From NCBI RefSeq assembly GCF_004010195.1, contig NC_057752.1, forward strand, positions 7,976,835 through 8,016,152: DNA of 39,318 bases, read 5' to 3'. Shown here piece after piece: positions 1 through 11,415 of this stretch (the first letter of the stretch is position 1; each line of letters begins with the position of its first letter). A program made the position numbers and the translations under genes. Source of the DNA: Chiloscyllium plagiosum (Eukaryota). Below the pieces are notes generated by a model that did not search any database, had not been told where the DNA came from, and worked only from the letters and a program-made list of their open reading frames with translations.

Positions 1-200
1 CTATCCGAATATCAATTGGGCTTCAAACAATATAAAGGGCACTGAGAGTGAAAAATTCAGATATTGTATCCAGCGATTTTTATTTTTAAACAATACGTGA
101 CAAGCCTATCGAGAATAGATGCAATTCTGGATTTATTTTGGGAAATGATCCTCAAGTGGGTGACTATTTCGGGGATAATGATCATAATTCGGTTAGATTT

Positions 201-495
201 AGTATTACATTACATACCCTACAGTGGGGAAACAGGCCCTTTGGCCCAACAAGTCCACACCAACCTGCCGAAGCGTAACCCACCCATTTCCCTCTAACTA
301 ACACACCTAACCTCTGGGCAATTTAGCATGGCTAATTCACCTGACCTGCACATCTTTGGACTGTGGGAAGAAACCGGAGCATCCAGAGGAAACCCACGCA
401 GACAAGGATATCTGAACACAGACAGTCGCCCGAGGCTGGAATCGAACCTGGGACCCTGGGGCAGCAGTGCTAACCACTGAGCCACCGTGCTGCCC
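201..495 (-). mobile_element. tRNA-derived SINE (shark HE1-like)
   Basis: Minus strand begins GGGCAGCACGGTGGCTCAGTGGTTAGCACTG (A box) and has GGTTCGATTCC (B box), the conserved central domain and a simple-repeat tail; it interrupts a CR1 relic. Confidence 0.9.
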
Positions 496-1136
496 TGAAT
501 TATTATGGAAAGGGACAGAGAAAAATCAGGAGTAACAGTTTCTAACTGGGGGAAGGCAAATTTTATAAAACTGCGAAGTGATTTGGCGGAAGTGGATTGG
601 ACAGCACTGCCAAAGGATAAATCAGTGGGAAACCAGTGGGAGGCGCTAAAAAGTGAGATCCTTATAGCATAAAGCAGATATGTCCCCTCCAAAAATAAGA
701 AAGGTACTGCCAAATCTAGACCCCCATTGTTTTATGGAAAAATACAGGGGAAGATTAAACAGAAAAAGAAAGTTTATGATAGTCACTAAAAACTCAAAAC
801 TGCAGATAGCCTATAAGCATGTAGAAAGTACAGGGATCAAGTTAAAAGAGAAACAAGGAGATCAAAGAAAGAAAATGAAAAATATTAGAAAGTAAGATAA
901 AGGAAAACCCAAAGATAGTTTGTCAGTATATAAAGAGGAAAAGGTTGGATCAGGAAAAAATGGGACCTAATCAGAGATGAAGAAGGAAACTTGTGTGAAG
1001 ATGCAGAGGAAATGGTACGAATTTTAAATGAATTCTTTATTTTCACAAAGGAAAGGGATGATGCGGATATAGTAATCCAAGACGAGCAGTGTGAAATCCT
1101 GGACAAAATAATCATAACAAGAGAGGAAGTGTTAGA

Positions 1137-1800
1137 ACATAGAACATAGAAGAATACAGCGCAGTACAGGCCCTTTGGCCCTCGATGTTGCGCCGATCCA
1201 AGCCCACATAACCTATACTAACCCACTATCCTCCATATGCCTATCCAATGCCCGCTTAAATGCCCATAAAGAGGGAGAGTCCACCACTGCTACTGGCAGG
1301 GCATTCCATGAACGATATGAATGGTAATGACATTACACAACTAGACATATACAATGAATATTTATTTAAATGCCATACCCTGCCAAATGTAACAATATCT
1401 CCAGACTGATTAAACACCACATCTCTAAATCTCAGATCCCAACCATTGTATCACTCTGGGCTCATACCTGACTTTCAAGAGCACACTCTTAAGCATTTAA
1501 CACTGTTGCAAACCACACAGTCAGGTCTTACAGTGCACACACACACTATCAGCTATTCAACTATTTTGACCAGATTACATGGTACTCTTTGGGGATCTTC
1601 ACTCTCCTTCCCAAAGTGAATCACCTCACATTTAGCTACATTGAATTCCATTTGCCACCTTTCTGCCCAGCTCTGCAGCTTCTCTATATCCTGCTGTAAC
1701 CTGCCACATCCTTCCTCACTGTCAACAACTCCTCCGACTTTCGTATCATCCGCAAACTTGCTCACCCAACCTTCTAACCCCTCTTCCAGGTCATTTATAA
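1137..1800 (-). mobile_element. Younger CR1 3' fragment with TSD GTTAGA
   Basis: (tagaaca)n tail at 1133-1150; RT motif SKFADDTKVGG...QMEFNVAKCEVIHFG (1553-1765); gttaga at 1131-1136 and 1801-1806. Confidence 0.85.
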
Positions 1801-2404
1801 GTTAGAGGAGTTAGAATCCTTGAAAGTGGATAAATCGTCAGGGCTAAATGGGTTGTTCCCTCGCACTTTGAAAGAGGTCAGGGAGGAGATAGCAGATACA
1901 CTGAAGATTATTTTTCAATCTTCACAACACAGGTGAGGAACCAGAGGACTGGAGGAATGCAATTGTGGTTCCATTGTTTAAAAAGGGTACAAAGGAAATG
2001 CCAAACAATTACAGGCCGGTCAGTCTTACTTTGGTGGTGAGAAAATTGTTAGAATCTTCCGATAGATTGGATAAACTTTCACTTAGAAAAGGCACGGACT
2101 AGTCAGGGATAGTCATCATGGCTTTGTTAAGGAAAGATCATGCCTTACAAATTTGATTGAATTCTTTGAGGAAGTGATAAGAAGGATCAATGCGGGTAGT
2201 GCGGTTAATGTCATCTGTATGGATTTTAGTAAAGCATTTGACAAGGTCCCACATGGCAGACTGGTCAGTGATGATATGGAGATGCCGGTGTTGGACTGGG
2301 ATGTACAAAGTTAAAAATCACACAACACCAGGTTATAGTCCAACAGGTTTAATTGGAAGCACTAGCTTTTGGAGTGCTGCTCCTTTATCAGATGGTTGTG
2401 ATAC

Positions 2405-4290
2405 AGGGTAATGTGAATGAACTGGATCTAAAGTTGGCTTAGTAAAAGGATAATGGTCAATGGCTGCCCTTGTGAACATAAAGCTGTTTCAAGTAGTCTG
2501 GAATTCACACTGCCTAAGTTGGTGATGGAGGCAGAGGCCCTAAACTCTTGCAAAAAGTACATGGATCTACACCTGTAAGCTGCAGGGCTATGGGCCAGTG
2601 TGCAAGAAAATGGGATTAGAAAGGGCATCTGGATGTCTCTATGTTGGCACTGACAAGATGGGCGGAATGGCCCACTTCTGTGCTGTATCATTTCTGTTTT
2701 TCCACTACAAACATTCCACCAGTCTGAAAAATATCTCTTAACCATCAATCTGTGTCCTATCACTCTTAATTTTGAATCCATGATGCTTTTGTCATGACCT
2801 AGATCTTGCCTCACTAGTCTGTTGAGTGGCACTGTATCAAACACCTGCTGGAAATCCATGTAAACCATATCAGCAGCATGACCTTGATCGAACCTTTGGT
2901 TACCTCTTCAAAAACTCCAGCTGTAGATCCACGTACTTTTTGCAAGAGTTTAGGGCCTCTGCCTCCATCACCAACTTAGGCAGCGTGAATTCCAGACACC
3001 AACCACCCTCAGTGTACAAATGTTATTCCTCATGTCCCCTCTAACCCTCCTGCCACATAGATTCAAGCTATGACCCCTGGTTTTTGAATCTCTGCTAAGG
3101 GAAACAGGTTCCTCCTGTCTACTCTATCTCTAGTCCTCACGATTTTGTACACTTCAATCATGTTACCACTCAGCCTTCTCTGTTCAGGGAAAACAATCCC
3201 ACCCTCTTTCATTGTAGCTACAGTCCTGGCCTCATTCTAGTAAATCTTCTCTGCATTGTCTCCACAGCCACAGCAATTACGTCCTCCTTGTAATGGGATG
3301 ACCAGAACTGCAGACAACATCCAGTTGTGGCCTTAACAGTGTCTTATACAGTTTCATCACTATATCCCTACTCTTCTATTCTATACCTCTACCAAAGAAG
3401 GAGTGCATTCCATATGCCTTTGTTACAAGCTTATCCACCTGTCCTGCTACCTTTGGGATATGTGCACTCGCATGCCAAGGTCTCTGACTTCATCTATTCC
3501 TCTCAGTACATTCCTGTTTATTCTGTATTATCTTTTACTGCTTGACCTCCCTAAATGCATTACCTCACACTTATCACCATTGAACTCCACCTGCCACTCT
3601 CCTGCCCACTACACCAACCCATCTATATCATTTTGGAGCTTACAGCTATTCTCTGCATGATCTCCTTGTTAGAAATCCAAGCTGACTCTTCCTAATCAAT
3701 CCAACTTCTTCCATGTGATTACTAATTTGACACCAAATAACTTCTAGAAACTTCTCCATCACTGAAGTTAACTTGAATTTCACAGTGAATTCAAAAGTAA
3801 CAGACATGTGTCTGAAGCTAGAATATGACAGTGAACTAACAAGATAGGCATAAGGGGCAAATTTTCTCAGTAGATTTGGAAATTAGATTTCAGTTATGTT
3901 AATAGATAAGCAATGACAAACATTTAAAGAAATATTTGATAATTCTCAACAAATACAGATTCCTTTGATAAATAAAAAGTCCAGTGATCATAATATCTTT
4001 AGTTAGCCACAGACGAAGAGAAGTATTAGATTAAAAGAAGCTTATAATACTACCAAGAGTAACACAACAAAGATTGGGAGGATTTCAGAAAGTAGCAAAA
4101 GATGTCCAAAAGTTGATCAGAGGAAGTAAAAGGATGAGAGTAAACTAGGAAAAAGTACAGAAACTGATAGTTAATGTGTTCTAAAACTATAAACAAAAGA
4201 ACAGAGTAACAAGTGTGTCTCTTTGATGCTGAGACAGGGGAAATAATAATAGAGAATATGGAAATGGCAGAGACATTAAAACAATATATA
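2405..4290. mobile_element. Mosaic of nested CR1/L2 LINE fragments
   Basis: YMDFQQVFDTVP motif (2830-2868, - strand) and CR1 3'-region sequence at 2920-3790; boundaries approximate. Confidence 0.7.
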
Positions 4291-4581
4291 ATAGCCCATA
4301 ATTTGTTCTCTTATCCCAAATTTCTCTCAGAAAAACCATTAAGGTGGCTAGTGTTGGAAATGGACATAGCATAGTGACACTTGTTTTAAAAAAAAATTGC
4401 TGGGGGATGCTAATGCAGACTTTAATCTTGATTTGAACCAATTTCAACTTTTGAACATTTGATTCAGATGCTAGATATGAAGAGCAAGACAAACATTATT
4501 TTTCTAGCCTTGGCATCATGAAATACAAATCATTCTCACCCCAAATCCTCTCTTTCTTAACAGGAAAATTGACTGGGCAGA

Positions 4582-4713
4582 ATGTCTGACCTGGAGAATG
4601 CAATGATTGCTATCATAAAAGTCTTTCACAAGTATACAGAATGCAAGAGAGATAAACTTAAGAAAACCCAGCTGAAGGCTCTTGTCAACAATGAGTTAAA
4701 CCAATTTATTGAG
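4582..4713 (+). CDS. S100B: S100B-like calcium-binding protein, first coding exon (N-terminal pseudo-EF-hand); exon starts at 4564 with an 18-nt 5'UTR portion
   Basis: Translates MSDLENAMIAIIKVFHKYTECKRDKLKKTQLKALVNNELNQFIE, closely resembling S100B ([46 protein letters not shown]). Pyrimidine-rich acceptor ctctttcttaacag ends at 4563; donor GAG|gtagaa at 4713/4714 is at the usual S100 phase-0 intron position. It may be an S100B-like paralogue rather than the true orthologue. Confidence 0.9.
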
Positions 4714-4974
4714 GTAGAAGAAATTCTAAGCAATCACTCTGTATATGAAACATTTCTGTTATTTTGTGACACTCTGCTGGGATGAATGCTCATGTAAGGT
4801 ACATCTGATATGTTGCTCCAAATAAGGACTTCAGTTTTTTGCATCTAATCTTTTTATTGCATTGATACATTTTTTAACAGTAATTGAAATTTTGTGCATT
4901 AGTTCCAGAGCTGGAGATACCGGAAAAATGTTCCAAATAGTACTTCTGTTGTCACGAGGTACCACACAGACTCT

Positions 4975-5725
4975 ACAAAAGTAAACAAGCAGCAACAGTA
5001 GACTGTATGGCCCTTCAAGCCTGCTCTACCATTCAATAAAAATCACAAGATCTGCCTTAATGCCACTTTCCAGCCATGGTGGAATACTCTAGGGAAGGGT
5101 TTTGCGCATTCACAGCCTTCAGTGAAGAAATTTATTCTCACTTCAATTGTAAATGATCAAGTTCTTATCCTGAGACTGTGCTCCCCCCACTGCCCCCTCC
5201 ACCCCAGATTGTACAGCCAGAGAAAATAATCTGTGTGTCAACTCTGTCAAGCCCCTTCCGAACCTTACATTTCAATATGACCACCCCTCATTCTTCTAAA
5301 CTCCACGAGGTATAGGTCCAACCTGCTCAATCTCTCCTCAAAACTCAACTCTCTCATTCAAGTGAACTTCCACGATGCCTGCAAGGCAAGTATATCCTTG
5401 CTTCAATATGGAGACAAAGCTATACACAGTGCACCAAGTGTGATCTCACCAAAGTGCTGTATTAAGACTTTCTTATTCCTGTACTCCAATCTCCTTTCTA
5501 TAAAAGGCAACATGCCATTCACCTTCCTAACTGCAGGTTGCCACTTCACACCGTTTTTGTTCCTTATACAAGGGCACCCTAACTCTCTCTGAACATTTAA
5601 CAGTTCCACACCTTTCAAATATGCACGACTGTTCTATTCATCCTAACAAAGTGAATAGCGGCACAACTTCCCATGTTATTTTCCATCTGCCACATTAATG
5701 CCAACTCACTTAAACTTGCCTATTT
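4975..5725 (-). mobile_element. CR1 LINE 3' fragment
   Basis: Relic ORF VRKVNGMLPFIERRLEYRNK and a CR1-type 3' end. Confidence 0.75.
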
Positions 5726-8131
5726 GCAGAATTCTTCCATGTTTTGGCAGTGATTGTTTTCAATGAGATTCAATGGGCGGTCCACCATGCCCCAGGTCAA
5801 ACAACTTTTTCATCTTCAGCTCATTAATTATGCAACTGACCTCAATGGCACCTGACTCCAGAATCGTGTAGCAAGAGAGATGGAAGTGCTGGCCTTTGAT
5901 GGCACTTGGCCACAGTCTCACCACTGGTGCCATATTTACATTCCAGCTTCACAGCATTTCATGAACGACCTATTACACTGTGACACTGCACCACTGTAAC
6001 CCAACAAATGGCCCAGAAAGGGAAGCTGGCACTCTGTTTTGCAGATAGGGACTTGGAGATGCAGGTGAACAGGATGGTCAAGAGAAGGGCAATGCTTTTT
6101 CCCTTCACACTGCCTACGGATGCCACTCCACTGAACAGCTATGTCCAGCTGAAAGCAAGTTAATACCTAAATGCCAGCATTTCCTCTCTGTTACGTCACA
6201 CTCTCAGGGTCACAATTACTCTCTCTAACTCTGCCATTGCACTCAGCTCTCACCAGGCTAATGGACTACAAAAGCTCTCACTATTATATGCAGCATGGTC
6301 ACTCAATGGCTGTCACTAAACCCATCCTCCAAAACCTCAAACCCTTCCTATTCTCTGAGATTCCCACACACTCACTGGAGACACCTCACCACCTCTCCGG
6401 TCCCTGCACCACCTCTCCGGTCCCTCCCTAATGTTTTCCCATCCACATCCATCATACTCCTCCTCTCTTTATATGCTTGTGCAGAAAAGAAATATCTCCT
6501 AACTGGGTAGAGAGGGCAGAAACCAGTGGTGGATATTATATTTCTCATCCCATATGAGGGGAAAATGCTGCATTTGGCTGGAGAAGAAGGTGGGGTACCA
6601 GACATGAGCAACCAACAAAGTAAGCTTCATTGGGCTGTCCTGCACTGCTCTCTTGTTAACGCCAATGCTAACTCATTCTTGTCCTAAACAAGCCTTTGCC
6701 CATTTTTCACATCTAATTCCCTCTTCTCTTATGCAGGTACTATTGGGACCCAGTGAACCACCACACATAGAAAGCAGCACTGCTAACCCTCACGCCCACC
6801 TCAACCTCTGAGGAAGAAGCCACTCAACCCCTGGAGATGTACCAGCAAGGCTTTCACCTGTTTTTCCCCCCCACCCCACCCACCCCCAGATCAGATACTG
6901 TTACCTTGGTGATTTCTCTTTCTCGATTAGATTTGGGAGCACGATCTGGTGAACACATCACTGCCCCATCTCCACAGGTGGGCAAGGAAGAAATGCCCAG
7001 GTTTCTGGCACTCAGAGGACTGCCAGAGACCAGACACTTCAGGCAGAAGTCTTGGCTATTAATGATTTTGTCAAAATGGACAGAGAGGCTCAGGCTACTT
7101 TGTCCACGACAATCAGGAACCTGGATGGAAGAATGGAGGAATCCAATGTTATCAGTACCATGGTGGCTCCAACATGCGTGTCTGTCCGCCATGCAGAGCT
7201 AGGTCCAGCACACTCAGTGTCTATTGGATACGCACACAGACCTGCACTCCTGCACTCCATCACTGTAGCCATAGGTGCTCAGTGTTAATGGCAAGGTGAG
7301 AAGGTGGAGAACCTTAACATCATTCTCGGTGCCTCCTTCCTCTCAGGGAAACAAGGTGGTGACAGCAGATAACCCTGGGGGAAGGAGGGGGGGGGGGAAG
7401 CAGACGCAAGACCTTCAGAAACTTCCTCTCAGGACACTCTCGAATGTCCAGCCCGCCACCTTCCCATTGCCTGTGACACTGAATCATGTAGAAATCTAAG
7501 CCTATAAAGGTGAGCCTGTATTTCATTAGGCCCAGGCACTTTAAACCCAAACACTCTTGACATTGACTGGTCAAGATTTCCAGAACAATAAGGTCAAGTA
7601 CGGAGTACACTCCCTCTACCACAGCTACAGAAGTCAGGACTGTACTTCGACATAAAGCAAGGGAAAGGAAGAGAAAAGCTGACTGAGGTCATATCGGTGG
7701 CACAGGTAATAAATATTTTATTGTTAAATAACCTTGCAGTTTTGTTAATGTATGTTCACTTGCACTTTTAAAACGTCTATTCTCGTCCTTTTGTAGCCTT
7801 CCGAATGGGTGAAGTTGCTCCTGTTTGATGTAATGAGCAGCCTTTTCAGACTTTCCCAAGTTGCAATGACCAAGCATTGTTCATCTCTCTCAAGCAACTG
7901 ACTCCCTTGGTTGCAGATTTCAGCAGACAACGAGAAGCTTTGTACCATCATGTTTTTACTGCAGCCAACGGGCTGAACTTCAACGTGAACAATACTAAGG
8001 CTAAAAGCAATATGCAAGGATTGTTTTGGGGCTCAGCCTGATTGTTCCATCCATAATGGCACACAACTTGAGTGAAAGTGCAGAATGAGTGATAACTGCA
8101 CAGATCTCTGCAGGCAATGTTAAATTCTGCC
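5726..8131. mobile_element. Degenerate PIF/Harbinger DNA transposon
   Basis: Ends gcagaattctt / aaattctgcc are inverted-repeat-like. The + strand ATG at 6008 gives MAQKGKLALCFADRDLEMQVNRMVKRRAMLFP, resembling the Harbinger Myb/SANT-like ORF. A weak transposase-like relic lies on the - strand at 7745-8020. Confidence 0.5.
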
Positions 8132-8809
8132 TTTCAGCTTTTCAAGGGAGCACATTGTCATTGAAGAGTGGCCAGTGTGCAATGGAAGTACACATCTCCA
8201 CTCTCCCTCCTAGTTCACTGGGCTGCTGAGAGAAGCTGAACAACACCCTCTCTCCGGTTAAACACCGTCCTGTAGGATGCTCAAATTCTTCAGGGCAATT
8301 TAACAGGCCAAGTGAATTCTGAAATATTGAAAGCAAAACGATGATGGAAGGGTGAAAAGAATTTGCCTCACGATTGCTACCAACCTACTGCCTCTCAGGA
8401 GGGAATGTATTCTACAACACTCGCATCTCGACTGAAGCCTTAAAAGCAATCTAGCCTCAGTGCCGTGCGACACTATTGCCCTGTTTCACTGACTGATCTT
8501 TTCTTGCAAACGGTGAAGAGGTTCAAATACTTTAAGGTGGGATCAGCCAAAGATACCACGCATACAATCAATCAAATGGGTATGGAAACATTTATTCAGC
8601 AACAGAAAAGTTCGAGGAGTACAGAAATAATCAGGTTCCCATGTACTGTGGGCTGCAGGGACTGCATGCCATATGAAAAATGACAATGTCTCATTCATGC
8701 TGGAAGTTGGTTTTAATAGACTCTGTCTCACCTTGCACACTTAATGGTGCATCACTCTATCATGGTCTCCAGGATGTCCCCCTCAGTCAATTTTCCTCTT
8801 CAGAGGATT

Positions 8810-9081
8810 GCTCTCAATGCCCAATTTCTTCTGCATCCAGCATCTCCACCCCACTTTTGTCTGCTCCAGTTGTGAATATTAATGATGCAAACATTCTTTG
8901 TGGGCCATATTTACATTCCAGCTTCACAGCATTTCATGAACGACCTATTACACTGTGATACTGCACCACTGTAACCCAACAAATGGCTCTCAATGCCCAA
9001 TTTCTTCTGCATCCAGCATCTCCACCCCACTTTTGTCTGCTCCAGTTGTGAATATTAATGATGCAAACATTCTTTATGGGC
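8810..9081. repeat. 96-bp direct repeats flanking an 84-bp copy of 5929-6012
   Basis: 8810-8905 matches 8986-9081 (1 mismatch); 8904-8987 matches 5929-6012 (1 mismatch). Confidence 0.93.
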
Positions 9082-9359
9082 TAAAACGCAAGGCCCACTG
9101 GATTTGTCTTGGCATCAAGATCTCATCTTCATGATACAGGAACCTGTGAGTTCTCCAGTGCGTTCACACCATGGCAGCTTACAGGATACCTGGTGGACAA
9201 CACTGGAATTTGGTGTGGATGGTCAGAGTTAAACTGGATATTGATGGAGTGGAAGGCTTTTCCATCGATGACTGCTGCAGGATAGTGATAGAGCTGAGGT
9301 CTCAAAGCCTGCAGTCTATAGTGCCTGGCTGCTGGGGGAAGCCAGCGATATTAGACAGT

Positions 9360-9722
9360 GCCAGTGCCTGAGTTGTTTCACTCACCTCACCTGTGGAGAA
9401 AGGATATAAACTGGTGTAATCTGGAGAAACTGCAACACCGCCAGCCCAGATCCATTTTGGACCATGACCTGGGAGATGCCCCAAATGTCTCCAGTTGTTC
9501 CTTGGAACAAGCCGCTGACATAACATTTCAGGGCAGATGTAGCCAGTGCCTGAGTTGTTTCACTCACCTCACTGTGGAGAAAGGATATAAACTGGTGTAA
9601 TCTGGAGAAACTGCAACACCGACAGCCCAGATCCATTTTGGACCATGACCTGGGAGATGCCCCAAATGTCTCCAGTTGTTCCTTGGAACAAGCCGCTGAC
9701 ATAACATTTCAGGGCAGATGTA
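9360..9722. repeat. Tandem duplication, 2 x ~182 bp
   Basis: gccagtgcctgagttg...gggcagatgta repeated head-to-tail with a 1-nt indel and a substitution. Confidence 0.95.
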
Positions 9723-9779
9723 ATCTTAATGGGCACTGGGATGGGATGGGATGGTTCTTCTGAGTGGACATTCTGTTCC

Positions 9780-10160
9780 AGCAGATGATCCAGTTCAGTG
9801 ATGATGACCTGGGGTATTCTTAGTCCTCATCTTTGCTTGGTTCCTGAGAATGCAAGTGACGGTGATAATGAAGCCAGTAGATTCAAGGGTTTGGTTCACT
9901 GTCCTGTCTCCTTGGATGATCTGCACATGCTGCTTTTCCCTCTGGAGACTGTACAGCAGTTGCTGGAGGCTGTTGTTCGTGTTGGGCTCAGTCACACCAT
10001 TGTAATTGTGCTCTTCCCTGTCAAGGACTCCTCCAATCGTAGATCCTATCTCAGATGAACAAGCGGATAAAAAATGGTGACTGTCTAAATTGGAGCATAT
10101 CCGTAATGGTACCCTTGATCCTTCACATCAAGCAAAATGAAACAATATGGAAAGCCCTGG
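9780..10160 (-). mobile_element. Harbinger (HARBI1-like) transposase relic, split by the Gypsy insertion
   Basis: Degenerate motifs DQGYHY, EEHNYN and ITVTCILRN resemble GDxGYPL / ExxYN / IxACCILHN. Confidence 0.4.
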
Positions 10161-10395
10161 TGAAATAACTCCACAGAGGCTGGTATCCCATCATCAAGTT
10201 ACCCTTTATTCACACATGGGAAGTCCTTGACACTGACGCAAGCTCCCTCAGAGCCAGCTCTCTGCGTGCCAGAATGTCTGACACTCTGGTTTTAATCTGT
10301 CAGCCAGGGCTCCCTGATTGGGCTGTTAATATGGTTCAATAAGGGAACTCATATTCCTTGACGTCCACCTAACTGACCTTGTTATAATCACTACA
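10161..10395 (-). repeat. 3' LTR of the Gypsy element (target site empty, mutated)
   Basis: TGTAGTGATT...TATTTCA on the - strand, 235 bp, adjacent to the PPT; site reads gacactctggtttt at 10280-10293. Confidence 0.9.
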
Positions 10396-11198
10396 TCCCT
10401 CTCCCTCAGAGTCTGAGGTCATCGGCCATGTCTTTCTTGACCATCTCTTCCTGGGGCATCTTAATATTGGGTCAGGTTCCTCCAACTTTGCTTCGGATAT
10501 AGACGGTGTTTAACACACATTAGTTCGCTTCTTGTGCCCAGAGCATTTTGGAAGAAATTCATCCTCTTCAGGCGACAAATGTGTTGGGGCTGGGAGATCT
10601 ACCGTGTCCATCTCCGATTCCAAGATCTCTTCAATGCTTGACAGAGAGGGAGAACACACAGGTTCTAACAGCCTTTCCGAATCTTCTGAGGTAGGCAGGT
10701 TTTGCTCCTGCATGTTTGCGAATTTGCAGCTTTCATGTGGCCCACATGCTTATTCAGAACCATCTCATCTATCCAAACTTTATATGTCACTGGACCTGAC
10801 CTCATGTCAACCACGCCTCTCACCCATGTAGGGCCATTCCCATGGTTTCTACGCCAAACTTCACCCCTTGCAGGAAACTGTCTCTCTCGCTTAGAGGAGT
10901 CTTGTATCCAGCATTGGTGTTCCTGATGGCATTTCACCCCCTGCCCTAGGAGCAGGAGGATCAGATTTAACCTGGTGCGAAGTCTTCTCCCCATAAGCAA
11001 CTCTGCTGGAGCTATCCCTGTATTTGCATAAGGGGTGGTCTGATAATCAAATAGGATCCTGGACAGTTTGGTATGTAGTGAAGGTATAGGCCATTTCTTT
11101 CAGCCTGCCTTCAAAGTTGGGACTACACTTTCTGCCAGACCATTGGATGATATGGAGCAGTAGTTTTTTTGATGAATACCATTTGACTTTATGAAATA

Positions 11199-11415
11199 GA
11201 GTCATTCCTTCTATAACACGATAGTCACGTTCCCATGTGACCCTGCGCTACACAAAAATTGTGCAATACAAATAATACATAAGTGTTAGTAATCTAATCG
11301 CATTATAACCAAACACGTTTTACAAGTTCACGTTTTAGAAACAGTGTTCCCTATTCACCAATTGCACTACAGCCAACCTGCATTAATGAAAGACACGTTA
11401 TAGCAGAACTGACTG
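11199..11415. mobile_element. Tc1/mariner-pogo (Tigger-like) MITE inside the Gypsy integrase
   Basis: TA at 11197-11198 and 11416-11417; imperfect ~22-bp TIRs (gagtcattccttctataacacg / cacgttatagcagaactgactg). Excision restores integrase FTSRQFEYFIKSNGIH. Confidence 0.85.

Larger units (their letters stand above)
1..2268 (+). mobile_element. Old CR1 LINE ORF2 relic interrupted by a SINE and a younger LINE
   Basis: Degenerate endonuclease-to-RT region with motifs PLFKKG, NYRPVSL, HGFVKERSCLTNL and MDFSKAFDKVPH (1970-2255). Confidence 0.85.

Noticed and set aside
4714..4785. Single-exon 67-aa S100 ORF as in the ORF track
   Set aside because: Similarity ends at the donor at 4713; the rest is intron read-through.
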